Source of the DNA: a virus
Taxonomy: Duplodnaviria > Caudoviricetes
Virus record (IMG/VR): IMGVR_UViG_3300020045_011081
Coordinates: 1 to 46,838 of that record
DNA length: 46,838 bases
Reading direction: 5' to 3' (one strand)
Shown here: positions 19,005 through 27,477 of the stretch, piece after piece
Numbering within the stretch: position 1 is the first letter of the stretch
Layout of the letters: each line of letters begins with the position of its first letter
Program-made: the position numbers and the translations under genes
Notes under the pieces: generated by a model
Seen by the model: only the letters and a program-made list of their open reading frames with translations
Told to the model about the DNA's origin: nothing
Databases searched by the model: none

Positions 19005-19345
19005 TGGCTACATATAGGCTAAGACTGGTAGACTCACTTTTCCAGACATTTAACACTACAATAAATAACATAAGTTATAGAATAACTATTAAGTTCTTTA
19101 CTACCGTGAAGCACTGGACACTTGATGTGTATAACGTTACAGAAGCTAGGCAGATATGCCAAGGTCAAGCGTTGTCGTTAGGTACTCCACTGCTTTGGGA
19201 GTCTGCTGAAGACTTAGTATTTTTTATAACTGATATATCTTCTTTAGCTATTGACCCTGGTACTAGTGTTGATATGGCAAACAGAATTATTTTATGGGCA
19301 GCAGATAACGATGACGACATTATACGGACGTTCCTTCCTACTTGA
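19004..19345 (+). CDS. Small baseplate protein
   Basis: Position; W.LD and L.LG.PLL pattern. Confidence 0.65.
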   Translation: MATYRLRLVDSLFQTFNTTINNISYRITIKFFTTVKHWTLDVYNVTEARQICQGQALSLGTPLLWESAEDLVFFITDISSLAIDPGTSVDMANRIILWAADNDDDIIRTFLPT

Positions 19346-20204
19346 AGTTGGTAATAAAGAAGAGACACTTTACATTGACTCGCTTCGTATAAAGTTTAAA
19401 ATAAATCGTGGTAATGTAAAATCGCCAGATACAGCAACTTTTGAAATATATAATTTAAACATTTCTCACCGTCAGCTAATTATGCGTAGCTTTAACCAGG
19501 TACGCTTTTCAGCAGGCTACGGTGAGTTAGGCTTAATCTACCTTGGTGAAATATTATACGCTACACTAGACGGTGATAATGAAGGTAATATTATACTAAA
19601 GATAACTGCTGGCGATGGCGCAACTGACTACTCAAAGGCATCTGTAGCTTTAGCTTTTGCTGCTGGTGTGGATGACAAGGATATTGTGCAGCAGTGTTTA
19701 GCTAATATGGAAAATACTAACGGCTTAAATATCGATAAACTATCCAGCGTAAAACTACCTAGGGGTAGCGTAATGTTAGGCCGGTGTAGAAAATACTTAT
19801 CATTAGCTGCAGCTAACCAAGGTAGATCATGGTCAATTTATAATAATACTTTACGCATGCTAGAGTACTCTTCAATACCAGTAGGTATGATTGTAAAGCT
19901 ATCAGAAGACTCGGGTATGCTAAAAACTCCACAGCGTACAAAAGATGGTGTTATAGTACATTGCCTTATTAATCCTGCTATTCAATTGGGAAGCCATATC
20001 GCTTTACAATCATCTGTTAATCCTGATGTTGACGGCGAGCTTAAAGTCATATATAATGAAATCGATGGTGATACTTTAGGCGATGCATGGACAATGAAAC
20101 TTACTTGTGTTAATGGTAAGTTTAGCCCAATGAATCCAGAGAAGTTTATATACAAAAAAGAAGTAAAGAAAAAGAAGGGTAAAATACGTGGACAACGAAA
20201 TTGA
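19311..20204 (+). CDS. Baseplate hub protein
   Basis: IYNL, AGY, GDG, LPRG, SGM..TP motifs. Confidence 0.8.
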   Translation: MTTLYGRSFLLEVGNKEETLYIDSLRIKFKINRGNVKSPDTATFEIYNLNISHRQLIMRSFNQVRFSAGYGELGLIYLGEILYATLDGDNEGNIILKITAGDGATDYSKASVALAFAAGVDDKDIVQQCLANMENTNGLNIDKLSSVKLPRGSVMLGRCRKYLSLAAANQGRSWSIYNNTLRMLEYSSIPVGMIVKLSEDSGMLKTPQRTKDGVIVHCLINPAIQLGSHIALQSSVNPDVDGELKVIYNEIDGDTLGDAWTMKLTCVNGKFSPMNPEKFIYKKEVKKKKGKIRGQRN

Positions 20205-20910
20205 AGCAGCTATAGCAGACTTTCAACGATACTTGCACACAGGAATGCCCGGCCAAGTGGTATCTTGGAATAGTGATAAACAAACAGCCACCATACGACC
20301 TATGGTGGTTTTTGTCGATGTAGACGACGAAATAATTGTTATACCAGACTTACCAGACGTACTAGTTCAATACCCAGGTGGCGGTGGTGTATATCTTACC
20401 TTTCCTATTAACCCAGGCGATGAGTGTTTTATTCATTTTTCTAGCCGATGTATAGATAGCTGGTGGGATACAGGTAATCTAGGCGAGGTGCTTAGCACAC
20501 GCTTACATGATTTATCAGATGGCTTTGCTGCATTTGGGTATAGTTCACGACCTAACGTCGTCCCTAACCCTGATAAAGATGCAATTGCTATACGTACTAA
20601 GTCTGGTGCTGCGTTTGTTAAGGTCACTATAAGTGGTGAAGTTATTATAGACGGTACAAAGCTTACTGTACTATGTCCTGTTGAGATGAAAAAAACACAG
20701 AAAGTAGACGGTGCAGTTACTATGGAGTCCACACAGATAGTTAAGGGCTTGCTATCTGGAAATGGTGGTATGGCAATTAAGGGTGGTGATGGCGCATCGT
20801 TTACAGGTAATGTTAACCATAGCGGAGGTTCTATGACCTCAAACGGCATTAGTGCTGATAGTCATACACACGTAGAACATGATGGACCTAGTACTGGAGG
20901 CCCGCAATGA
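20188..20910 (+). CDS. Baseplate central spike (gp138/gpV-like)
   Basis: FPINPGDEC, R.HDLSDG, C-terminal HTH metal-binding motif. Confidence 0.88.
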   Translation: MDNEIEAAIADFQRYLHTGMPGQVVSWNSDKQTATIRPMVVFVDVDDEIIVIPDLPDVLVQYPGGGGVYLTFPINPGDECFIHFSSRCIDSWWDTGNLGEVLSTRLHDLSDGFAAFGYSSRPNVVPNPDKDAIAIRTKSGAAFVKVTISGEVIIDGTKLTVLCPVEMKKTQKVDGAVTMESTQIVKGLLSGNGGMAIKGGDGASFTGNVNHSGGSMTSNGISADSHTHVEHDGPSTGGPQ

Positions 20911-21242
20911 AGGCTGTACGGATTATAGATAAAGATGGTGACTGGACCTTTGGTAATGGGCGTAATAACTATATAGCAGGAAGAGATGGTTTAGCCCAGT
21001 CGTTAACTACTAGACTTCGCTGTGTGGTTAACGACTGGTTTCTAAACTTTGATTTTGGTATTGACTACTTCGGTGGTACTCCTTACGTTATAGAGCAACA
21101 GATACGTAAGACAATACTAAATACTGCAGGAGTACTTGAGATTGTATCGTTAGAATCAAACTTTGATGGTGAAACGCGTGGTCTTACAGTAACTACTGTT
21201 ATCCGTGATGAACAAGGTATACTACTAGAGGTTACTACATAA
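20907..21242 (+). CDS. Baseplate wedge subunit (gp25-like)
   Basis: DGDWTFG, WFL...GIDY, ILNTAGV. Confidence 0.75.
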   Translation: MKAVRIIDKDGDWTFGNGRNNYIAGRDGLAQSLTTRLRCVVNDWFLNFDFGIDYFGGTPYVIEQQIRKTILNTAGVLEIVSLESNFDGETRGLTVTTVIRDEQGILLEVTT

Positions 21243-22381
21243 TGGCACAAGTTACAGACCAAGGCTACATAGCAAGAACATTACCGGAAATTATTGTTGA
21301 TTTAACAGATCTATTTAAAAGCGTTTACGGAGCTGATATAAGTGTAGCACCGGATACGCCAGACGGACAGTTTATTGGTATTCTTGCCCAAATGTTTGCT
21401 GACTATGAGCAAATTGGTGCAGCTGTCTACAAGCAGTTAGACCCAAGTTCAGCGACAGGCCGTTGGTTAGAACAACGCGCTGCGTATGTTGGCGTCCATA
21501 AAAATAAAGGACTATCTTCTACCTTACCTGCTGTACAAATTGATGCTAAGGAAGGCACAGATATACCTAACGGTTATACTGTAACTGATGGTAGTAATAT
21601 TAAATGGATTATAGCGGCTCCAACTACAGTAGGAGCTAACGGCTTTACTTATTCTAACTTTATTAGTGAAGATACCGGAGCCTTCACGGTGCCTATTGGA
21701 ACAGAGTTAAAGCCTACTATACAAATAAGTGGTGTAACACGAATACTATCTACAGTTGAAGTTATACCTGGCAATAACCGTGATACTGACCCAGCACTTC
21801 GTAATAAGCTATTTGCTAGAAAGTTACTAGTTAACTCAGACGTGTGTACTCGTATAATGGATGCACTGTATAAAGTTGAGGGTGTTGTTACTGCTGCTGC
21901 ATATGAAAACCCAGAGAATGAAGTAAATGACCTAGGTTCACCACCAAAGTCAATTTGGGTAATTATTGATGGCGGTACGGAAGAAAATATTGCAAAAGCA
22001 ATTTTAGCTAATAAGTCTGGTGGTGCTAAGCTTAGAGGCACAATAACAACTACAATCGTAGATAAATATGGAATTGCAAGGCCAATATCGTATGATCGGT
22101 TTATACCTATCGGTATTAAAGCAAAAATAGTTATTGTTAGGTCAGAAGGTGTAATTTCTGTTGACACTGACCTAGTGAGAAAACTATTACTAGACTACAT
22201 ACCAGGGGCCGGTGCTGACATTTATTTGTCTAGAATATACTCTATTATTAACCAAGTACCAGGCTTTTGGATTAAGTCCTTACTTCTCGGCAAGAATAAC
22301 GCCACACCAGTAGCTGATAATATAGTGGTTAACCAGCAGGAATCTGCCAGGTTTATCGACGTAGAAATAGTGGTGGAGTAA
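21242..22381 (+). CDS. Baseplate J-like protein
   Basis: TPDGQFIG, DPSSATG.WL, YEN, GG...IAKAI. Confidence 0.88.
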   Translation: MAQVTDQGYIARTLPEIIVDLTDLFKSVYGADISVAPDTPDGQFIGILAQMFADYEQIGAAVYKQLDPSSATGRWLEQRAAYVGVHKNKGLSSTLPAVQIDAKEGTDIPNGYTVTDGSNIKWIIAAPTTVGANGFTYSNFISEDTGAFTVPIGTELKPTIQISGVTRILSTVEVIPGNNRDTDPALRNKLFARKLLVNSDVCTRIMDALYKVEGVVTAAAYENPENEVNDLGSPPKSIWVIIDGGTEENIAKAILANKSGGAKLRGTITTTIVDKYGIARPISYDRFIPIGIKAKIVIVRSEGVISVDTDLVRKLLLDYIPGAGADIYLSRIYSIINQVPGFWIKSLLLGKNNATPVADNIVVNQQESARFIDVEIVVE

Positions 22382-22384
22382 ATA

Positions 22385-22957
22385 ATGGGTTACGAACAAC
22401 TATTAATATGGCAATATAAGGACAAACCAAAGGCTCTTAAGCTTATTACTGGTTTATCTGCAGAAAGTACTTCATGGCAGTTAGCAATGAGTAAGCTGAT
22501 AGATTGCCTCGACATAGACACAGCTACAGGTAAAAACTTAGACTTAGTAGGTATGCACGCAGGTGTTAGTAGAATAATGGTTGATGTTGTGCCATTATTT
22601 TTATTTGGATTTAAGGCACCACTTGGTGGTATGAGCAAAAAAGGTGTAGGCGGTGCCGCTTTTTGGCGTATAGGTAATCAGCTAGCCAGTAGTGTTAGCT
22701 TAGCTGATAATGAGTATAGACTATTAATCAAATCAGCTATTATAAAATACTGGTCTGGTAATACTGTATTAGAGTTGCAAGAAGCTGTAAATGCTTTATT
22801 AGGCGTAGGTAGTGCAGAAGTACGCGATAACGAAGATATGTCTATTACAGTAAAAATATTACGTGGTACTAGTATGTTTGAACGATACGCAATTGAAACA
22901 CTAGACATTCTTCCAAGACCGCCTGCAGTTAAGCTACAGCTAATTTTTATTGTTTAA
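22385..22957 (+). CDS. Baseplate protein (DUF2612-like)
   Basis: LLIWQY..KPKA, DIDTA.G..LD, LPRP. Confidence 0.8.
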   Translation: MGYEQLLIWQYKDKPKALKLITGLSAESTSWQLAMSKLIDCLDIDTATGKNLDLVGMHAGVSRIMVDVVPLFLFGFKAPLGGMSKKGVGGAAFWRIGNQLASSVSLADNEYRLLIKSAIIKYWSGNTVLELQEAVNALLGVGSAEVRDNEDMSITVKILRGTSMFERYAIETLDILPRPPAVKLQLIFIV

Positions 22958-22966
22958 GGATAAATA

Positions 22967-24889
22967 ATGCCAATCGCACAAAGACCATCAAGTACACTGT
23001 TCTCTAGCGGTTCAAGAGACGGGGAAACTGTAACTTTTCCTGACTGGGCCAGGGGTTGGGGCCTTACTTTTGACCCTGGGCAGTCTGGTGGTGTACCACC
23101 TATGGAATACTTCAATGGCTCTTTTAAGCAGCTAAATGAAGGTATTTTATACGCAGTACAAAATGGTATATGTCCGTGGTCAGAAGACTTTGATTACCAG
23201 ACTAATGGCTATGTAAGTTATAATGGTACTATATGGCAGGCTAACGCTAACAGTAAAGCAGTTACTCCTGGAACCAATAACCAAGTGTGGAAACTATACC
23301 ACACTGAGCCAAAAGCTAATGCTGCCGCTGGGTTTAAGTCTGCCGCTTTACTAGAAGCAGGTATAGAAGACAATGGACTAACAGACACGACTGACTCTTC
23401 ACAAACACTTGATGCTATAAAAACAATTATAGCCCCTAGCGTGGATAGCTATCAAGAGTTACGGTCTTATACTGGTAATGCTACACAGTTGACTGTTAAA
23501 GGGCGAGTTACGCCTACAGACGGCGGTTACGGCATATTTTTACTTGATAGTACTGATACTACAAGTATAGACAACGATGGTACTACTATTGTGTCGTTGA
23601 GTGGAAAGCGTTGGAAACGAACAATATGGTCATTAATTAATATTAAATGGTTTGGTGAAGCTGGCGGCCCAAATAATGACGCCAGCACTGCTGTAAGAAA
23701 AGCAATAAATGCCTATCCAAACTCTGATATTTGTATTCCATGGGATTCAAATGGCTATTACTTTGACTCTACTGTTGAAGAGCCAAACTCTGCTTCTTAC
23801 AGGTTAATAGGTACTGGTGGAATACAGTCAAGTTTACAGCAGTTAATGTATGCTAGGCTGTCTGGACCAGTTTTTCATTGTCAAGTAGGTAATACAACGT
23901 TTACTTCATACGAGGGCTTTAGATTTGTATCTAATAAGGTAGCCTACCCGCTGGCTAAAGCTGTATATAATCAAGGTGACTATATACACGGTAAGTTAAA
24001 AGAAATTACAGTACAAAACTTTAAACTACCGCCTCTTCATTTTTTGGGCGCAACAAATGCAGCTAGCTTTGAAAAAATCTTAGTAATGAATAACGACTCA
24101 TACGGGCTTAAAGTTGAGCAAGGGTCAGCAAATAGGTTTATTAGTATTAATGGTGATAATAATGACGGTCCTATTTTATGGGCTAACGGTGGCGCTAACT
24201 ACTTTAGTGGTCTATACTCAGAAGACTGCTGTAAACGTAACGTTACAGATAACGAGGCTAATCCTGAGTTTTACATAATAGGCGATGCCCCTGTTATTGA
24301 TGGTATTATTCTTAACTCATTTGCTGGCAATACAACTCCTCCAATTAAGCTAGACCTTTGCCGGCAAGTAACAATTACGGGTGGTATAAATAAGTCAACA
24401 ACGACACCTTCTTACCCGTATGAAATACAGCTACCGTCACAAGACACAAGTATTACTTCTATAGGGGCAACAAACCTTAGAACTGGCGGGTATACAGCTA
24501 ATATCATTAAAATAGACCCAGGCTACGCAAATATACGTCCCAGCATAAAGGTGGGTAAGTTTGAAAGAGACCTTTGTATCCTAGCGCCTATAGCTAGAGT
24601 ATCGTTTAATGGTACAGGTGATACAACGATTCATCAAGGAGCAGGCATAGCTTCAGTAGCAAAGGTTGGTCCAGGAGTATATCAAATATCTTTTGTTGAG
24701 CCAATAGCTTATATCTCTGGCTTAACAGTAATTGGTATGGCTGACAATAATAATAATGTTGTAAACGCTACTGTTTGTGAAATGCTAGGTTCAAGAACAG
24801 AAAATTCTGTTAACGTACGAGTACAAATAGCTGGGACAAACGTAGATTGCCAGTTTATTTCTATTGTTATTTTTGGTACTCCTACATAG
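22967..24889 (+). CDS. Tail fibre / tailspike with probable beta-helix depolymerase domain
   Basis: RGWG...PPMEYFN anchor; DGG.G.F...RWKR...NIKWFG junction; N/G-rich body. Confidence 0.82.
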   Translation: MPIAQRPSSTLFSSGSRDGETVTFPDWARGWGLTFDPGQSGGVPPMEYFNGSFKQLNEGILYAVQNGICPWSEDFDYQTNGYVSYNGTIWQANANSKAVTPGTNNQVWKLYHTEPKANAAAGFKSAALLEAGIEDNGLTDTTDSSQTLDAIKTIIAPSVDSYQELRSYTGNATQLTVKGRVTPTDGGYGIFLLDSTDTTSIDNDGTTIVSLSGKRWKRTIWSLINIKWFGEAGGPNNDASTAVRKAINAYPNSDICIPWDSNGYYFDSTVEEPNSASYRLIGTGGIQSSLQQLMYARLSGPVFHCQVGNTTFTSYEGFRFVSNKVAYPLAKAVYNQGDYIHGKLKEITVQNFKLPPLHFLGATNAASFEKILVMNNDSYGLKVEQGSANRFISINGDNNDGPILWANGGANYFSGLYSEDCCKRNVTDNEANPEFYIIGDAPVIDGIILNSFAGNTTPPIKLDLCRQVTITGGINKSTTTPSYPYEIQLPSQDTSITSIGATNLRTGGYTANIIKIDPGYANIRPSIKVGKFERDLCILAPIARVSFNGTGDTTIHQGAGIASVAKVGPGVYQISFVEPIAYISGLTVIGMADNNNNVVNATVCEMLGSRTENSVNVRVQIAGTNVDCQFISIVIFGTPT

Positions 24890-24917
24890 TTTGTAATAAA
24901 ATAGAGAGAGAAGTCTA

Positions 24918-25214
24918 ATGGAAAGTAATCAAGAAATACTGGCACAGCTGGCGGCAGTTGGTGCTGCTATGGGTCTTGGGAAGTTTTTAGTGTCTAAAGA
25001 ACCTCTTGAGACCCGACTAGTCCTTGGCCGAGTTATACTTGGCTCAGGTGCTAGTGTTGCTGCAGGGTCTATCTACTTGCTTTTTCCTACACTTCACCCG
25101 TTAGCTCTGATAGGTATAGCAACACTATCAGGACTAGCTGGTGCTGCGTGGCTTGAAATCATGTTTAAACGTAAGGTAGAGAGCATGATAGCAAAGGAGA
25201 AGGATAATGTTTGA
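24918..25214 (+). CDS. Holin
   Basis: Three hydrophobic segments, charged C-terminus, first lysis gene. Confidence 0.75.
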   Translation: MESNQEILAQLAAVGAAMGLGKFLVSKEPLETRLVLGRVILGSGASVAAGSIYLLFPTLHPLALIGIATLSGLAGAAWLEIMFKRKVESMIAKEKDNV

Positions 25215-25677
25215 TATTAAACAGTGGGGACTAACCTGGATTATAGGCTTTAGCTTAGTTACAGCTGGTTACTTCTATGGGGTAACTAATGAACGAGCAA
25301 AGCATAAGCAGGAGGTAACATTGTCCCAGTTATCTTCTGCTAATTCAGCTATTATTAAACTGTCAGAGGCTGCTACCAACTTATCGGTGGCGCAAGCCTC
25401 TTTTACTGAAGGTGTACTAAATGACAAAGACAAGCTTAATGATGTGCTTACTAGCGTCCACACTGGCGTTAAACGGCTGTCAATCCCTACCAAACGTGCC
25501 TCAACCCAAAGTTGTAGTGCAAGTGCCGTTGCAAGCAATGGAGAAGTACGAACCGAACTTTCTGGATCGGCTTCTGACTTTCTTGTCGGAGAAGCAGGAA
25601 GAGCTGACAAAGTAGTAAGAGCTCTTGCTTTGTGCCAGATATCTGTTATTGAACTTCAAAAGGTATGTAACCAATGA
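25207..25677 (+). CDS. Rz: i-spanin
   Basis: N-terminal TM, coiled coil, RLSI...EL...AD...CQ pattern. Confidence 0.85.
   Translation: MFDIKQWGLTWIIGFSLVTAGYFYGVTNERAKHKQEVTLSQLSSANSAIIKLSEAATNLSVAQASFTEGVLNDKDKLNDVLTSVHTGVKRLSIPTKRASTQSCSASAVASNGEVRTELSGSASDFLVGEAGRADKVVRALALCQISVIELQKVCNQ
25421..25615 (+). CDS. Rz1: o-spanin lipoprotein embedded in Rz (+1 frame)
   Basis: Lipobox LNGC; Pro-rich mature part; GAAGG RBS. Confidence 0.8.
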   Translation: MTKTSLMMCLLASTLALNGCQSLPNVPQPKVVVQVPLQAMEKYEPNFLDRLLTFLSEKQEELTK

Positions 25678-26192
25678 ACTTTGTTATCACTGCGGGACAT
25701 AGTAACCGCGACCCAGGTGCAGTTGGTCAGAATACTACAGAAGCAGCTATTGTTACTGAGATGCGTAATATGGTAGCCAGTCATCTTAGAACAATTGGGC
25801 ATACTGTATACACTGATGGCGAAGGTGATACTAACCAAGAATTGTGTGAAGCCATTAAACTGATAGGTAAAGGATCAGTAGCTATTGAGTTCCACTGTAA
25901 CGCTGCATCGTCTTCAGGTGCAACTGGTGTGGAAACTATTGGCTTGCCTAAAGATAAGGTGCTTTGCCAGCGCTTATCATCAGCAATCGCTGGTGTGCTT
26001 AAGCAAAAGCTTCGCGGTGATAAAGGCTATATTGGCCAAGGTGATAGTGCTCGTGGCAGGCTCGGCTATGTATCAGCTGGTGGTATTATTATTGAGTTAT
26101 TCTTCTTGTCAAACAAGGGTGACTACCTTTTTTACGAAGTTAATAAGTCACGTGTAGCTGATGCAATTGTTAAGGTTTTGGTAAACCCTTAA
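25674..26192 (+). CDS. Endolysin, N-acetylmuramoyl-L-alanine amidase (Amidase_3)
   Basis: AGH...DPGA...E, EFHCNA, IIELFFLSN. Confidence 0.92.
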   Translation: MNFVITAGHSNRDPGAVGQNTTEAAIVTEMRNMVASHLRTIGHTVYTDGEGDTNQELCEAIKLIGKGSVAIEFHCNAASSSGATGVETIGLPKDKVLCQRLSSAIAGVLKQKLRGDKGYIGQGDSARGRLGYVSAGGIIIELFFLSNKGDYLFYEVNKSRVADAIVKVLVNP

Positions 26193-26583
26193 GTATTGCT
26201 CGAGCTTTATTGCAGTCGTCTACGTTAAACATTCCAAAGTGGCACTGGCTAGCAGAAATACCCATGCGTTTTGCTAGCCAGCCGTAGGCTTCAGTTCTTT
26301 TCATACTACCATCCTGCCATAGCTCGTTAAAAAGTGGTTTTACTTGCTTACGCGCTTCACGAGTAGGCTTATCTGCTAACGTGCCTAATGGTACTTCTGT
26401 ATTTTGGTGCACACCAACGTAAGCATCGCAGTAAGTACATTTGTACACGTATGGCCATACGCCGTAAAGCCTTCCGTATATTTCATCATTAGTAGTAAAT
26501 TCTACTTTGCTATTACAGTAGTGGCAAGTAGTTGGTACTGCTGTATCAAGTGTATAGCCTGCTTTAACCAATGCGTTTTTCAT
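26170..26583 (-). CDS. Zinc-finger protein (DUF3268-like)
   Basis: CHYC, C.YCDAYVGVH, PLGTLA, AY.WLA, CHFGMF. Confidence 0.85.
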   Translation of the reverse strand: MKNALVKAGYTLDTAVPTTCHYCNSKVEFTTNDEIYGRLYGVWPYVYKCTYCDAYVGVHQNTEVPLGTLADKPTREARKQVKPLFNELWQDGSMKRTEAYGWLAKRMGISASQCHFGMFNVDDCNKARAILKGLPKP

Positions 26584-26837
26584 TATATACCCTTAGCCTG
26601 GCGTTCTAGGTGTGCCATGAATTGCTCAGGTACTTCATGGCACGTCTGGTTATAAATTTTATACTGTTTATCAGTTGGTTCTTTCTTATACATAGTAGTA
26701 TGCACGCCTAACGCGTAGCCAAGGCACATCATTGCCTTTAGTGATGGTCTAACAGCATCATCAATTTGCTTTTCGGTTACTTTAGCAAAAGAGGTAGACG
26801 ACAATAGTAATAAGCAAAGTAATAGGTTTTTCATCAT
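26583..26837 (-). CDS. Exported hypothetical protein
   Basis: Signal peptide MKNLLLCLLLLSSTSFA; GGAG RBS. Confidence 0.7.
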   Translation of the reverse strand: MMKNLLLCLLLLSSTSFAKVTEKQIDDAVRPSLKAMMCLGYALGVHTTMYKKEPTDKQYKIYNQTCHEVPEQFMAHLERQAKGI

Positions 26838-27004
26838 AAAACTCCAATAAACTTAAGTACGATTGCAATAAAAGAGCCTACTGTAATAAGTAGTGCAACT
26901 CCTGATACGATAAGCATTATTATTGCTGACTTATCAAGCTTAGTAATAATAAAAAGAAATACAACGGCTGTCAGTAGACACAATACTACATCAATTACTA
27001 TCAT
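26834..27004 (-). CDS. Small membrane protein, 56 aa (MIVIDVVLCLLTAVV...)
   Basis: Manually translated; ATGA overlaps at both ends; two TM segments. Confidence 0.65.
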   Translation of the reverse strand: MIVIDVVLCLLTAVVFLFIITKLDKSAIIMLIVSGVALLITVGSFIAIVLKFIGVL

Positions 27005-27309
27005 TGTTTTACAATCCCGTAGTCTGGCCAGCTTTCAAGCTCTCCATCCCATTTTTGCTCGTTGGCATCAGCAAATTCTGCTACAGCTTGTAGCTTTGTG
27101 TCAGCTATTAGCTTAGCCTCATACTCAACAATAAGCGTAGCTAGCTCATTGCGTGCTACTCGCATGTTTGCGTAGTAGTTATCTTCTGTGCCGCAAGAAA
27201 CTTTAAGCCTTGTTGGTATGTGTAAGATTGCACAGCCTTGGCCTGTAATTCTCCATGCTGTACCAAGGTTGTATGGAGTTATATAAAAGTCTTCTTCATG
27301 CAGTGCCAT
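27001..27309 (-). CDS. Hypothetical protein
   Basis: GGAG RBS; ILHIPT.LKV.C loosely resembles part of the RF-1 domain but lacks GGQ. Confidence 0.65.
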   Translation of the reverse strand: MALHEEDFYITPYNLGTAWRITGQGCAILHIPTRLKVSCGTEDNYYANMRVARNELATLIVEYEAKLIADTKLQAVAEFADANEQKWDGELESWPDYGIVKQ

Positions 27310-27322
27310 TTGTTTCTCCAGA

Positions 27323-27400
27323 AACTGCCGTGGTTGCGTTTATATTTTTAGCCTAGCTAAGCACTAGCTAGGCACTCTAAAAAAGCAACCACGGAGGTTT
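27323..27400. other. Long nested hairpin
   Basis: CCGTGGTTGC/GCAACCACGG enclosing GCCTAGCTA/TAGCTAGGC. Confidence 0.75.
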
Positions 27401-27477
27401 AGATAAAACTAGATAAGCATCCAGTAAAGATATTATAGCATCTTTTCTCTTAGTAGGGAAGTATCTTGCCAATTTTA

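Noticed and set aside
27001-27309. Peptide release factor homologue
   Set aside because: Only a short HIPT-like similarity; the catalytic GGQ is absent
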